This document shows positions 31,825-50,637 of a stretch of DNA of 64,000 nt, one piece after another. The notes under the pieces are model-generated. The model saw only the letters and a list, made by a program, of their open reading frames with translations. It made no database searches and was not told the origin of the DNA. This DNA is from an uncultured delta proteobacterium (lineage in GTDB: Bacteria > Desulfobacterota > Binatia > UBA9968). Positions within the stretch are counted from its first letter, which is position 1. Each line of letters opens with the position of its first letter. The position numbers were made by a program, and so were the translations under genes. The stretch is taken from positions 320,001-384,000 of the forward strand of contig CAVYTU010000015.1 in NCBI GenBank assembly GCA_963771465.1. The letters are read 5' to 3'.

Positions 31825-33917
31825 ACATCATCATCCGACTTGCCATCAAACTTGGCGATAATTCCTTCAGCAACCGCTGCCGGAACCGGTTCATAATGGG
31901 AAAACTGCATCGTATACGTCGCTCTTCCTTGGCTCATCGATCGGAGATCGGTGGAATAGCCGAACATCTGCGCCAACGGCACCCGGGCATCGATCGCCTG
32001 TGCTGCGGGACGCGTGTCCATGCCGAGCACCTTGCCGCGCCGCGAACTCAAATCGCCAATCACATCACCCATAAAGTCTTCAGGGACGACAACCTCCACT
32101 GACATGATCGGCTCGAGCAGAACTGGACTGGCTTTGCGCGCGGCTTGCTTGAACGCCATCGAGCCGGCGATCTTAAAGGCGATCTCCGACGAGTCGACGT
32201 CATGATAGCTGCCGTCGAACAGCGTCACCTTGACATCGACGATCGGGTAGCCAGCCAACACGCCGTTCTCGGTCGCTTCCTTAATACCCTTTTCAACCGC
32301 TGGAATATATTCGCGTGGGATAGAGCCGCCTTTAATCGCGTCGACGAACTCGAATCCGCCGCCCGCGGTTTGCGGCTCAAGCTTGATCCAGACGTCGCCG
32401 TATTGACCGCGCCCCCCGGTTTGGCGAATGAACCTTCCCTGCTGCTCGACCGCTTTACGAACCGTCTCGCGGTAGGCAACCTGCGGCTTGCCAACATTGG
32501 CACCGACACTGAACTCGCGCAGCAAGCGATCGACGATGATCTCCAGATGCAGCTCACCCATGCCGGAAATAATCGTCTGGCCGGTTTCCTCATCGGTGCG
32601 AACTTTAAACGAAGGATCTTCGGTCGCTAGCTTCTGTAACGACAAGCCCAGTTTTTCCTGGTCGGCTTTGCTCTTGGGTTCGATGGCAATGGAAATAACC
32701 GGATCGGGAAAATCGATCGACTCGAGCACGATCGGTTCGTCTTCGTCGCAAAGCGTGTCACCCGTGGTGGCCGTTCTAAGCCCTACCGCGGCAGCGATAT
32801 CGCCGGCGTAGACTTCTTTGATCTCTTCGCGCTTGTTGGCGTGCATTTTGAGCAGGCGGCCCACACGTTCGCGTTTACTTTTGGTGGAATTGTAAATGCT
32901 TGCGCCGGACAATAGCTTTCCGGAATAAACCCGGAAAAAACTCAGCGTACCAACGAAAGGATCGGTCATAATTTTAAAAGCGAGCGCAGAGAACGGCGCT
33001 TCATCCGTCGCCGGTCGCTCCTCAACTTTATCGGTGCCTGGTTCGACCCCTTTGACCGGTGGAATATCGAGAGGCGAAGGCAGAAAGTCGACCACGGCGT
33101 CGAGCATGGGCTGAACGCCTTTGTTGCGGAAAGCTGTGCCACACAAAACTGGCACGATCTTGAGCGCTAGGGTCGCGCTGCGCAGTCCGTCGCGCAATTC
33201 ACCTTCGGAAACTTCCTTACCCTCGAGGTACTTTTCCATCACCGCTTCGTTGCCATCGGCCGCGGCTTCAAGCAATTTATCGTGATACTCTTCGGCCTGA
33301 GCTTTAAGATCTGCGGGAATCGGCTCTTCGTGGAATTTCGCGCCGAGACTTTCATCTTCCCACACCACCGCTTTCATGGTGACGAGATCGACGATCCCAG
33401 TGAATTTATCCTCGGCACCAATGGGCAATTGCAATACCGCCGGGCGCGCTCCTAAGCGGCTTTCAATCATCTTAACCACACGGAAGAAATCCGCGCCGAC
33501 GCGGTCCATCTTATTGACGAAGGCCAGGCGCGGCACTCCGTACTTGTCCGCTTGACGCCAAACGGTTTCGGTCTGCGGCTCGACACCCCCAACCGAACAG
33601 AAGACGGCCACCGCGCCGTCGAGCACGCGCAGCGATCGCTCCACCTCAATGGTAAAATCGACATGGCCAGGGGTATCGATAATATTGACTCGGTGATCGC
33701 GCCAAAAACAAGTCGTCGCCGCCGAAGTGATGGTGATACCGCGCTCCTGCTCCTGGACCATCCAGTCCATGGTGGCGGTGCCATCGTGTACCTCGCCGAT
33801 CTTGTAGTTGATCCCGGTGTAATACAGGATCCGCTCCGTGGTCGTAGTCTTGCCCGCATCGATATGCGCCATGATTCCGATGTTGCGGGTCTTCTCTAAT
33901 GAAACTGTTCTTGCCAT
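31821..33917 (-). CDS. fusA: Elongation factor G
   Basis: [33 protein letters not shown]. Confidence 0.99.
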   Translation of the reverse strand: MARTVSLEKTRNIGIMAHIDAGKTTTTERILYYTGINYKIGEVHDGTATMDWMVQEQERGITITSAATTCFWRDHRVNIIDTPGHVDFTIEVERSLRVLDGAVAVFCSVGGVEPQTETVWRQADKYGVPRLAFVNKMDRVGADFFRVVKMIESRLGARPAVLQLPIGAEDKFTGIVDLVTMKAVVWEDESLGAKFHEEPIPADLKAQAEEYHDKLLEAAADGNEAVMEKYLEGKEVSEGELRDGLRSATLALKIVPVLCGTAFRNKGVQPMLDAVVDFLPSPLDIPPVKGVEPGTDKVEERPATDEAPFSALAFKIMTDPFVGTLSFFRVYSGKLLSGASIYNSTKSKRERVGRLLKMHANKREEIKEVYAGDIAAAVGLRTATTGDTLCDEDEPIVLESIDFPDPVISIAIEPKSKADQEKLGLSLQKLATEDPSFKVRTDEETGQTIISGMGELHLEIIVDRLLREFSVGANVGKPQVAYRETVRKAVEQQGRFIRQTGGRGQYGDVWIKLEPQTAGGGFEFVDAIKGGSIPREYIPAVEKGIKEATENGVLAGYPIVDVKVTLFDGSYHDVDSSEIAFKIAGSMAFKQAARKASPVLLEPIMSVEVVVPEDFMGDVIGDLSSRRGKVLGMDTRPAAQAIDARVPLAQMFGYSTDLRSMSQGRATYTMQFSHYEPVPAAVAEGIIAKFDGKSDDDV

Positions 33918-33931
33918 TTTCGTAGCGCCGG

Positions 33932-33961
33932 AAAAAAAGGAGGCGGTTTACCCGCCTCCTT
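33932..33961 (-). terminator. Intrinsic terminator-like hairpin between rpsG and fusA
   Basis: Minus strand AAGGAGGCGG-GTAAA-CCGCCTCC-TTTTTTT, ending 14 nt before the fusA ATG. Confidence 0.65.
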
Positions 33962-33988
33962 CTATCCAGCATCATTTATGCTGCAACG

Positions 33989-34459
33989 TTACCAACGATA
34001 ATGCGCGAACGCCCGATTGGCTTCGGCCATTCGATGGGTGTCTTCCTTTTTCTTAATCGCGGTGCCGCGATTGTTGGCGGCGTCGATAATCTCCGCCGCC
34101 AATTTTTCTTCCATGGATTTTTCCGCCCGGCCATGCGCGGCGTCAATCAACCAGCGCATGCTCAGTGACAGCCGCCGCTGCGGCCGTACTTCCACCGGCA
34201 CCTGGTAGGTCGCGCCGCCGACGCGCCGCGAACGAACCTCGACGGTGGGTCGGGTATTCTCAATCGCGCGCTTGAACACGCCCAGAGATTCCTCTTTAGT
34301 CTTCGCCGTCACGATGTCCAACGATCGATAGAGAATCGACTCGGCAACGCTTTTCTTGCCTTGACTCATGATCGTGTTGACGAACTTGGCCACGACCTTA
34401 TCGCCGTACTTGGGGTCCGGCAATATGTCTCGTTTTTTTACTTCACCTTTGCGCGGCAT
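33989..34459 (-). CDS. rpsG: 30S ribosomal protein S7
   Basis: [29 protein letters not shown]. Confidence 0.99.
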   Translation of the reverse strand: MPRKGEVKKRDILPDPKYGDKVVAKFVNTIMSQGKKSVAESILYRSLDIVTAKTKEESLGVFKRAIENTRPTVEVRSRRVGGATYQVPVEVRPQRRLSLSMRWLIDAAHGRAEKSMEEKLAAEIIDAANNRGTAIKKKEDTHRMAEANRAFAHYRW

Positions 34460-34465
34460 AATGCT

Positions 34466-34837
34466 TTACTTCGGTCGTTTCGCTCCGTATTTGGAGCGGC
34501 TCTGTCGCCTTTCTTGCACACCGATGGAATCCAAGGTGCCGCGCACGATGTGATAGCGCACGCCCGGTAAGTCTTTGACGCGGCCGCCGCGAATCAGCAC
34601 CACGGAATGTTCCTGCAGATTATGCCCCACGCCGGGAATGTACGATGTGACTTCGATGCCGTTGGTCAAACGTACGCGGGCAACCTTACGGAGCGCGGAG
34701 TTGGGTTTTTTTGGCGTTGATGTGTAGACGCGCGTGCAGACACCGCGCTTTTGCGGGCAACCCTGTAAAGCGGGCGCAGTGTTCTTGCGCCGTTGCTTTT
34801 CTCTGCTTTCACGCACCAATTGGTTAATTGTCGGCAT
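34466..34837 (-). CDS. rpsL: 30S ribosomal protein S12
   Basis: [27 protein letters not shown]. Confidence 0.99.
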   Translation of the reverse strand: MPTINQLVRESREKQRRKNTAPALQGCPQKRGVCTRVYTSTPKKPNSALRKVARVRLTNGIEVTSYIPGVGHNLQEHSVVLIRGGRVKDLPGVRYHIVRGTLDSIGVQERRQSRSKYGAKRPK

Positions 34838-34909
34838 AATCTCTCGTTGGCAATGTAAACTTTGATTATGGGAAGCTCGTCTTACTTAAACTTCCCCAGG
34901 AAAATCCTT

Positions 34910-34938
34910 TTACTAACAAAAATTCCCACCGAAGTCAA
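34910..34938 (-). promoter_or_regulatory. Putative sigma70 promoter upstream of rpsL
   Basis: Minus strand TTGACT-N17-TAGTAA with an extended TG. Confidence 0.45.
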
Positions 34939-34941
34939 AGC

Positions 34942-39066
<4,125 letters not shown>

Positions 39067-39111
39067 TAAGGATCACCTCCGGTTAGAGTGCCACAGCCTC
39101 ACTGGGGTTAC

Positions 39112-43215
<4,104 letters not shown>

Positions 43216-43300
43216 GCGTTCTCCTCTCTCGAACTTGCGGTCGACAATCCGTCATTGAATGCTCAACGAAAACTCAACGACAACAACCACTGCGAGAGTC

Positions 43301-43675
43301 TTACTTGATCTCAACCTTGGCGCCTTGCTCTTCGAGCTTCTTCTTGATCGTTTCGGCTTCAGCTTTGGGCACCGCTTCTTTCACCGGCTTGGGCGCGCCG
43401 TCGACGAGATCTTTGGCCTCTTTCAAACCCAGGCCGGTAAGCTCGCGCACGACTTTGATGACTTGAATCTTCTTCTCACCGGCTTCGGCAAGAATGACAT
43501 TAAACTCGGTCTTTTCCTCGGCCACCGCGGCCGGACCCGCTGCCGCCGCCACCGCCACCGGCGCCGCCGCGCTGACACCCAACTCTTCCTCGAGCTCTTT
43601 GACCAGCGACGCCGCATCCATCAAGGTCATGTTCTTGATGAAATCTTTTACCTGTTCTTTTGATACGCCTTCCAT
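43301..43675 (-). CDS. rplL: 50S ribosomal protein L7/L12
   Basis: [19 protein letters not shown]. Confidence 0.98.
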   Translation of the reverse strand: MEGVSKEQVKDFIKNMTLMDAASLVKELEEELGVSAAAPVAVAAAAGPAAVAEEKTEFNVILAEAGEKKIQVIKVVRELTGLGLKEAKDLVDGAPKPVKEAVPKAEAETIKKKLEEQGAKVEIK

Positions 43676-43711
43676 AACGATCCCCCTTTTATTGATACCG
43701 TGAAAATTTTG

Positions 43712-44254
43712 TTATTCGCCCTTAGTCTTACGTAACGATTCGAGTAAGCGGACCATTTGCGCGCCCGGTTCTTGAATGGTGCGCAACAACTGGGTCGCCG
43801 GTGCGTTGATCATCGCCAGCAACCTCGCCTGCAACTCCGGCTTGCTCGGCATTTGAGATAAAACTTTGACGCCCGCCGGATCCATGAAGCGGCCTTCGAA
43901 CACGCCGCCTTTGATGCGCAGTTTGTCGTTGTCGTCGGCAAACTTGACCAACGCCTTGGACAACACCACCGGATCACTGTAGGCAAACACCCAACCGTTG
44001 GGCCCCTCGAGCAGTTTCTCAAGATCTCCGAAGCCAGTGTCTTGGAGCGCCCGGCGCACCAAGGTGTTCTTGATCACTTGATATTCGCCCGAGGCATCGC
44101 GAATTTCCCGGCGCAATTTAGTCATCTGCGCCACCGACAAGCCGCGATATTCCGTGACGATCGCCATCTTGGCGGACTTTAATAAATGGTGAATGGCGTT
44201 GACCGTTTCAGTCTTCGCGCCGTGACTGGCACGGGCCGATTGCAATTCCGACAT
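43712..44254 (-). CDS. rplJ: 50S ribosomal protein L10
   Basis: EYRGLSV..M..LR, VIKNTL; position between rplA and rplL. Confidence 0.96.
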   Translation of the reverse strand: MSELQSARASHGAKTETVNAIHHLLKSAKMAIVTEYRGLSVAQMTKLRREIRDASGEYQVIKNTLVRRALQDTGFGDLEKLLEGPNGWVFAYSDPVVLSKALVKFADDNDKLRIKGGVFEGRFMDPAGVKVLSQMPSKPELQARLLAMINAPATQLLRTIQEPGAQMVRLLESLRKTKGE

Positions 44255-44313
44255 ACCTTCTCCCTAGACTCGATCGAGTGAAATTCGCATCGCGCTGTTG
44301 TTGTGGAGCGAGC

Positions 44314-45018
44314 TTATGCAGCCATGGTGCGCACCTGCGCGAGATCGATTTTAATACCGGGCCCCATGGTCGTGGCGACGGTGACGCCCTTGACGTAATT
44401 GCCCTTCGCCGACGCTGGTTTTGCTCTCAAAATCGACTGCAAGACGGCTTTAGCATTGTCGATGAGCAGCTCGGCGCCAAAGGAGGCCTTGCCGACGGGC
44501 ACATGTACGATTCCGGCCTTATCGACGCGAAACTCCAACTTGCCAGCCTTGATTTCCTTAATCGCCTTGCCGATATCCATCGACACCGTACCGGTTTTGG
44601 GATTGGGCATCAGGCCGCGCGGGCCAAGCACCTTGCCGATGCGGCCAACCGCCGCCATCATATCTGGCGTGGCAACCGCTTTGTCGAAGTCGAACCATCC
44701 CTCGCTGATTTTCTTGATCAGTTCATCGCTGCCGACAAAATCTGCGCCGGCGTCCTGAGCTTCTTTCTCTTTTTCGCCCTTGGCAAATGCCAGCACCCGA
44801 ACTGTTTTACCCATGCCATGGGGCAAGCTCACCGTGCCTCGGACATTTTGATCGGCCTGGCGCGGATCCACACCGAGCCGAATCGCCAACTCCACGGTCT
44901 CATCAAACTTGGCTCGCGCCGTCTCTTTTACCAAGCGCAAGCTATCTTCCAGCGCGTAGCGTTGACTGCGGTCCACTTTGGCCAACGCCGCACGATAGGA
45001 TTTTCCATTATCACTCAT
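44314..45018 (-). CDS. rplA: 50S ribosomal protein L1
   Basis: [28 protein letters not shown]. Confidence 0.98.
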   Translation of the reverse strand: MSDNGKSYRAALAKVDRSQRYALEDSLRLVKETARAKFDETVELAIRLGVDPRQADQNVRGTVSLPHGMGKTVRVLAFAKGEKEKEAQDAGADFVGSDELIKKISEGWFDFDKAVATPDMMAAVGRIGKVLGPRGLMPNPKTGTVSMDIGKAIKEIKAGKLEFRVDKAGIVHVPVGKASFGAELLIDNAKAVLQSILRAKPASAKGNYVKGVTVATTMGPGIKIDLAQVRTMAA

Positions 45019-45094
45019 GGCATTCCTCTAAGAGCTAAATTCCAGTTATCAAAAAATTTGTCATCAATTGTTGCGACCGGCCGCGCCAAATAAA

Positions 45095-45520
45095 TCAGCC
45101 TTCGACTTCCAGGCCCAGGCTCCGCGCGGTTCCTTCGACAGACTTCTCGGCGGCTGCCAAGTCCTTGGCGGTCAAATCTTTTAGCTTGAGTTCGGCGATT
45201 TGGCGGACTTGAGCACGGCTAACTTTGCCAACTTTGATTTTGCCGGGTTCGGCAGAACCCTTTTCCAGTCCAGCAGCCTTCTTCAACAGGATCGACGCCG
45301 GCGGCGTCTTGGTGACGAAGCTAAAAGAGCGGTCGGCATAAACCGTGATGATCACAGGCGTGATCATCCCCAGCTGCGCCTGAGTCGCGGCATTGAATGA
45401 CTTGCAAAACTCCATGATGTTGACACCGCGCTGACCGAGCGCCGGTCCAACCGGAGGACTGGGATTCGCTTGTCCGGCAGGAATTTGTAGTTTGATTTCG
45501 CCAATAACTTTCTTCGCCAT
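45095..45520 (-). CDS. rplK: 50S ribosomal protein L11
   Basis: [20 protein letters not shown]. Start MAKKV at 45520. Confidence 0.98.
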   Translation of the reverse strand: MAKKVIGEIKLQIPAGQANPSPPVGPALGQRGVNIMEFCKSFNAATQAQLGMITPVIITVYADRSFSFVTKTPPASILLKKAAGLEKGSAEPGKIKVGKVSRAQVRQIAELKLKDLTAKDLAAAEKSVEGTARSLGLEVEG

Positions 45521-45539
45521 TTTGATACTTTCCTTGGAA

Positions 45540-46070
45540 CTAGTTGCGCTCCACCTGGACGAACTCGAGCTCAACTGGGGTCGCACGACCAAATATGCTG
45601 ATGAGGACTCTGAGCTTGCCCTTGTCCGGCTTGACCTCTTCGACGACGCCGTTGAAATCTGCAAACGGCCCATCGACGACCTTCACGTTTTCGCCGACAG
45701 AGAACAGCACCCGCGGCTTCGGCTTGATCGCGCCCTCTTCCATCTGTTGCGTGATCGCGCGCACCTCGTCGTCGCTCACCGGCGGCGGATTCGTGCTACC
45801 GCCGACGAAACCGGTCACTTTGGGGGTTTCCTTGACCACATGCCAAGTCTCGTCGTTCAGTTCCATATGCACCAAGATATAGCCGGGAAAAAACTTCCGC
45901 GAGGAAGTCTTCTTCTTACCCTTGACCAGCTCAACGACCTTCTCCACCGGCACCAAGACCTCACCGAAGAAATCCTGCTTGCCAAGCATCTTGACCCGCT
46001 CCTCAAGCGCGGCTTTGGCCTTCTGTTCGTAACCCGAAAAGGTGTGCACGATGTACCACTGTTTCGCCAT
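45540..46070 (-). CDS. nusG: Transcription termination/antitermination factor NusG
   Basis: [28 protein letters not shown]. Confidence 0.98.
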   Translation of the reverse strand: MAKQWYIVHTFSGYEQKAKAALEERVKMLGKQDFFGEVLVPVEKVVELVKGKKKTSSRKFFPGYILVHMELNDETWHVVKETPKVTGFVGGSTNPPPVSDDEVRAITQQMEEGAIKPKPRVLFSVGENVKVVDGPFADFNGVVEEVKPDKGKLRVLISIFGRATPVELEFVQVERN

Positions 46071-46089
46071 AGGATGAGTACTTTCAGGA

Positions 46090-46305
46090 TTAGCCGAGCA
46101 TGGCCTGAATCGCCTTGGTCAGAACAAAATCAACCGCTGCTAAATAGACCGAAACCAGGATGACGACGATGATCACCACCGCAGTAGCCGCGTAGGTCTC
46201 CTTGCGCGATGGCCAGTAGACCTTTTTTAATTCCTGCCACGCCTCCTGGACGAAATCGACGCCATGGCGCACTCCATCCTGAAGTTTTTGAATCCAATCA
46301 CCCAT
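46090..46305 (-). CDS. secE: Preprotein translocase SecE (single TM)
   Basis: ELKKVYWPSRKE plus TM helix; lies between tRNA-Trp and nusG. Confidence 0.95.
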   Translation of the reverse strand: MGDWIQKLQDGVRHGVDFVQEAWQELKKVYWPSRKETYAATAVVIIVVILVSVYLAAVDFVLTKAIQAMLG

Positions 46306-46327
46306 GCGGCTCCCAAATCCTATGAGA

Positions 46328-46404
46328 TGGCGGGTCAGGCAGGACTCGAACCTGCAACATCCGGATTTGGAGTCCGGCGCTCTACCAATTGGAGCTACTG
46401 ACCC
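46328..46404 (-). tRNA. tRNA-Trp(CCA)
   Basis: GGGTCAG...CCGGA-CTCCAAA-TCCGG...GTTCGAGT...CTGACCCGCCA cloverleaf. Confidence 0.96.
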
Positions 46405-46416
46405 CCCGAATCTCGG

Positions 46417-46569
46417 TTACACTTTAACCTCGCGATGCAGGGTGTGGGACCGGCAAGAAGCGCAAAACTTCTTGAGCGATAGTTTCTCCGTGGTCGTCTT
46501 CCGATTCTTTGTGCTGGTATAATTTTTCCGCTTGCATTTGTCGCAAGCAAAGCCAATCAGTTCACGCAT
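46417..46569 (-). CDS. rpmG: 50S ribosomal protein L33 (C+)
   Basis: Manual translation MRELIGFACDKCKRKNYTSTKNRKTTTEKLSLKKFCASCRSHTLHREVKV. Confidence 0.96.
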   Translation of the reverse strand: MRELIGFACDKCKRKNYTSTKNRKTTTEKLSLKKFCASCRSHTLHREVKV

Positions 46570-46598
46570 AGCAAAATCCTCCCGTGTCCAGGATTGTT

Positions 46599-47789
46599 CT
46601 ACTGAAGAATCTTAGTGACAACACCCGCGCCCACGGTCCGACCGCCTTCGCGGATAGCGAATTTCAAACCGTCGTCCATGGCAACCGGCGTGATGAGTTC
46701 GATCTCGACGTTGATGTTGTCCCCGGGCATAATCATCTCCGTGCCTTCTGGGAGTTTCACGACGCCAGTCACGTCGGTGGTTCGGAAATAAAACTGCGGC
46801 CGGTAACCGTTAAAGAATGGGGTGTGCCGCCCGCCTTCCTCCTTGGTAAGAACGTAGGCCTCAGCATTAAACTTCGTGTGCGGTGTAATGCTTCCTGGTT
46901 TGGCTAAAACCTGTCCCCGTTCCACTTCCTCGCGCTTCGTTCCTCGGAGCAGAACACCGATATTGTCGCCGGCTCGCCCTTCATCCAAAAGTTTGCGGAA
47001 CATCTCAACACCCGTTGCTACGGTCTTCTGGGTTGCCTTGAAGCCGACAATTTCTATCTCTTCGCCAACCTTAATGATTCCCCGTTCAACCCGACCGGTT
47101 ACGACGGTGCCACGACCACTAATCGTAAAGACGTCTTCAACCGGCATAATGAAAGGCCGGTCGACATCTCGAACCGGCTCCTTCACGAAGGAGTCCACAG
47201 CCTCCAAAAGCTTCATGATGGCGCCTTCGCCCATTTCAGAAGTATCGCCTTCCAATGCCTTTAGCGCACTGCCGATAACGATCGGCGTGTCATCGCCTGG
47301 AAATTTATACTTGGATAGCAGCTCCCGCACCTCCAACTCGACAAGCTCCAGAAGCTCTTTGTCGTCGACCATGTCCGCTTTGTTGAGAAAAACAACGATA
47401 GCCGGAACTCCGACCTGACGCGCCAACAGGATATGCTCCCGCGTTTGCGGCATGGGTCCGTCAGCGGCAGAGACAACGAGAATCGCTCCATCCATCTGTG
47501 CAGCTCCGGTGATCATGTTCTTAATGTAATCGGCATGACCTGGACAGTCGACGTGAGCGTAATGGCGCTTCTCGGTCTCATACTCAACATGAGCGATATT
47601 GATCGTTACGCCGCGTTCTCGTTCTTCGGGCGCTTTGTCGATCTGATCGTAGGCCAGGAATGTAGCTTTCCCGGTCTTCGCCAACACCTTGGTGATCGCC
47701 GCGGTCAAGGTAGTCTTGCCATGGTCGACGTGACCGATCGTACCGATATTAAGATGTGGTTTTTTACGCTCAAACTTTGCTTTACTCAT
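46599..47789 (-). CDS. tuf: Elongation factor Tu
   Basis: [34 protein letters not shown]. Confidence 0.99.
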   Translation of the reverse strand: MSKAKFERKKPHLNIGTIGHVDHGKTTLTAAITKVLAKTGKATFLAYDQIDKAPEERERGVTINIAHVEYETEKRHYAHVDCPGHADYIKNMITGAAQMDGAILVVSAADGPMPQTREHILLARQVGVPAIVVFLNKADMVDDKELLELVELEVRELLSKYKFPGDDTPIVIGSALKALEGDTSEMGEGAIMKLLEAVDSFVKEPVRDVDRPFIMPVEDVFTISGRGTVVTGRVERGIIKVGEEIEIVGFKATQKTVATGVEMFRKLLDEGRAGDNIGVLLRGTKREEVERGQVLAKPGSITPHTKFNAEAYVLTKEEGGRHTPFFNGYRPQFYFRTTDVTGVVKLPEGTEMIMPGDNINVEIELITPVAMDDGLKFAIREGGRTVGAGVVTKILQ

Positions 47790-47870
47790 CTGCTCCTCCT
47801 AATTGATTTGCCAATCACTCATCGCCCCAAAACTAATAATCACCTTCACCCAAACTTGCGCACTGAGCAA

Positions 47871-47943
47871 AGCCCAGGAGCGGGATCGAACCGCCGACCT
47901 CGTCCTTACCAAGGACGTGCTCTACCGACTGAGCTACCTGGGC
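47871..47943 (-). tRNA. tRNA-Thr(GGT), CCA not encoded
   Basis: GCCCAGG...CGTCC-TTGGTAA-GGACG...CCTGGGCT. Confidence 0.95.
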
Positions 47944-48033
47944 ATGTCAGTCGATGGTTTCAAGGCTCTGGCCCATTGTCCCAATTCGGAGGCGCCAGCG
48001 GCCATTTGCCACCACCATCAGCCATTCGCAAAA

Positions 48034-48109
48034 TGGAGCGGGAAACGGGACTCGAACCCGCGACCCCAAGCTTGGAAGGCTTGCGCTCTACCAACTGAGC
48101 TATTCCCGC
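48034..48109 (-). tRNA. tRNA-Gly(TCC)
   Basis: GCGGGAA...CAAGC-CTTCCAA-GCTTG...TTCCCGCTCCA. Confidence 0.97.
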
Positions 48110-48119
48110 AATACCAAAA

Positions 48120-48204
<85 letters not shown>

Positions 48205-48285
48205 TTGTCTCTCTTCACCCACAAACCAACGACGATGCAAGTTCCTAATCCGCTCAAGATTTCTCAAAAAACGGGAAACGTTGGC

Positions 48286-48360
48286 TGGAGCTGGCGATAG
48301 GACTTGAACCTACAACCTGCTGATTACAAATCAGCTGCTCTGCCGTTGAGCTACGCCAGC
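48286..48360 (-). tRNA. tRNA-Thr(TGT)
   Basis: GCTGGCG...GCTGA-TTTGTAA-TCAGC...CGCCAGCTCCA. Confidence 0.96.
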
Positions 48361-48596
48361 CTACTCCGCGTCGAGATTTTCACGCGCCAGCGCAAACCAT
48401 GCCATTTCGCCTCTAAAGCGGCCGCGGGAAAGACTACTTAACAGCTCTAACCAAAGTATTTAAGTATTGATCCTTTACCGACGAGGCACAAATGATGGCA
48501 CAAGGGCCATTTTCCCCTTTTGCAAACGGGTATTTAAACCACCTTCAACGAAACATGTCAACAGCTATTCCATACTGGGTGTGTTTTGGCGCAAAG

Positions 48597-49364
48597 TCAC
48601 CTAGCCACAGGCTTGTCAGCGCTTCGACTTTGGCGCAAAAGTTCGTAGAGAAAGACCGCCCCCGCCACCGATACATTAAGAGAGCTGATCTTCCCGAGCA
48701 TTGGAATGGCCACCAAAAAATCACATTCCCGCAGGATCAACGGGCGCACCCCTTTACCCTCACTCCCTAAGACAATTGCCAAACGATTAGGATAAGTCCT
48801 CTGGTAAATGCTTTCCTGGCTCGCTCCGTCTAGGCCGGCAAGCCAATAGCCGTTTTCTTTGAGATCGGTGATGGCGCGGCGCAAATTGGTTACCTTGGCA
48901 ATGCTTAGATGGTGCGCCGCACCTGCTGATGCTTTCACAACGATAGGCGTGACATCCACCGAGCGATCTTTGGGGATAATAATATGTTTCACACCGACCG
49001 CTTCCGCGGTTCTGAGCAGAGCACCAAAATTGCGCGGATCAGTTAGCCCATCTAAAACCAAAACCCAATGGGCACCGGAACTCGTAGAGACTTGCCTTAA
49101 CAATTCGCCGAACGGCAAATAGGAATACTCCGCGACTTTCGCGACCACGCCCTGGTGCCGTTGCCCACCGGCTAAACGGTCAAGCACATTCGGCGCCACC
49201 GGCACCACACGCAATCCGAAGTGCGCGGCGGATTTCGTAATTTGACGCAACGCTGAACGTTCATAACCATCAGCAACCAAGATCTCCAAGATGTCACTAG
49301 CAGAACCGTTGAGTTTCTCTAAAACTGGGTTGATTCCGAATATGACGTTATCGCTGGTTGACAT
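48597..49364 (-). CDS. rlmB: 23S rRNA (G2251-2'-O)-methyltransferase RlmB
   Basis: HQGVVA, DPRNFGALLRTA, GSEGKG, SLNVSVA (SPOUT fold). Confidence 0.94.
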   Translation of the reverse strand: MSTSDNVIFGINPVLEKLNGSASDILEILVADGYERSALRQITKSAAHFGLRVVPVAPNVLDRLAGGQRHQGVVAKVAEYSYLPFGELLRQVSTSSGAHWVLVLDGLTDPRNFGALLRTAEAVGVKHIIIPKDRSVDVTPIVVKASAGAAHHLSIAKVTNLRRAITDLKENGYWLAGLDGASQESIYQRTYPNRLAIVLGSEGKGVRPLILRECDFLVAIPMLGKISSLNVSVAGAVFLYELLRQSRSADKPVAR

Positions 49365-49428
49365 GGACGGCTATTTTACGGCTACGGGATTTTACAAAGC
49401 TAGACTCACCAGCTAACATGCTCAGACC

Positions 49429-50637
49429 GTGAAGCGCAAAACTATTTCCCGTTACTTGATCTCTGAAGTGTTGCCACCGTTTTTTCTCGGTCTGTTTGCT
49501 TTTACGATCATCTTGCTGATCGCGCGCATCCTCAAGCTGATCGAACTGGTAATCACGCGCGGGGTCCCGCTGCTTCAGATTGGCAAACTTTTTTCACTTA
49601 TTCTACCGACGTTCCTGGAGCTCACCGTGCCGATGTCGTTTCTGTTGGCGATTCTTCTTGGTTTCGGCCGGCTGTCCAATGATCAAGAACTGTTGGCGAT
49701 GAAGGCCGGCGGGATCAGTCCGGCGCAAATCTATTGGCCGATCTTTCTTTTGGCCGTCGTGGTCGCGATCATCACCTTGTTCTTGACGCTTTTCGCTCGG
49801 CCAGCGGCCAACGCGGCGCTAAAAAAGGAGCTGTACAACGTCGCCAAGTCGCGCGTCGGCACCGCACTTAAGGAAAAGGTTTTTAACGATGATTTCCCGC
49901 GAATCCTTATTTACGTCGAGGAAATCAAACCGCCCGGCAACACTGCGCAAGGCATCCTCATCGTCGACAGACGGGACAAACTCAAGGAAGATATCATTCT
50001 CGGCAAAGTTGCCTTGATCACCACCGATGACACAACCAACACTTTGGGGCTTCGATTATTCGACGGCTCGATCTATGAGCGCGAAAGCAATCGGTCCGGC
50101 TTCAGCCAGACGCGATTCAATATCTATGATTTCAAATTTGATCTTGACGAGATCGTCGGCCCGGTGCGGCAAAAAGAAGCCGGCCCCAAGGAATTGCCGC
50201 TCGGCGACCTAATGGATGCCATCGATGGGAAAAACAGACTGGGCGTCAAAGCCATCGCCGAACGCATGGAGCTGCATCAACGAATCGCCTTCGGCTTCGT
50301 GCCCCTGGTCTTTAGCTTACTCGGGGTCGCTTTAGCGTTATTACCGCGCACTTCCCGGGCTAACCGTTCATGGGGATTGATGCTCTGCCTCTTTTGGCTG
50401 ATGATTTATTATGTTTTACTTTCTCTGGGCAAAGGTTTAGGGGAGAAAAGCATGCTTCACCCGATCCCTGCAACTTGGCTACCCAACATCGTCGTCGGTG
50501 CCATTGCCGCGCTCTTTTTTCGCAAAGCGATGCGGGAATCGCCGTTGCTGATTGCATCCACGATCGAACGGACAGCAGCGCGGGCGATGGAATATTTCAA
50601 TCGACTCCGCAAACCAGAAAAGACCCACAGCGTATGA
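49429..50637 (+). CDS. lptF: LPS export ABC transporter permease LptF
   Basis: YjgP/YjgQ topology: RLSNDQELLAMKAGGIS, WLPNI; paired with the next gene. Confidence 0.9.
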   Translation: MKRKTISRYLISEVLPPFFLGLFAFTIILLIARILKLIELVITRGVPLLQIGKLFSLILPTFLELTVPMSFLLAILLGFGRLSNDQELLAMKAGGISPAQIYWPIFLLAVVVAIITLFLTLFARPAANAALKKELYNVAKSRVGTALKEKVFNDDFPRILIYVEEIKPPGNTAQGILIVDRRDKLKEDIILGKVALITTDDTTNTLGLRLFDGSIYERESNRSGFSQTRFNIYDFKFDLDEIVGPVRQKEAGPKELPLGDLMDAIDGKNRLGVKAIAERMELHQRIAFGFVPLVFSLLGVALALLPRTSRANRSWGLMLCLFWLMIYYVLLSLGKGLGEKSMLHPIPATWLPNIVVGAIAALFFRKAMRESPLLIASTIERTAARAMEYFNRLRKPEKTHSV

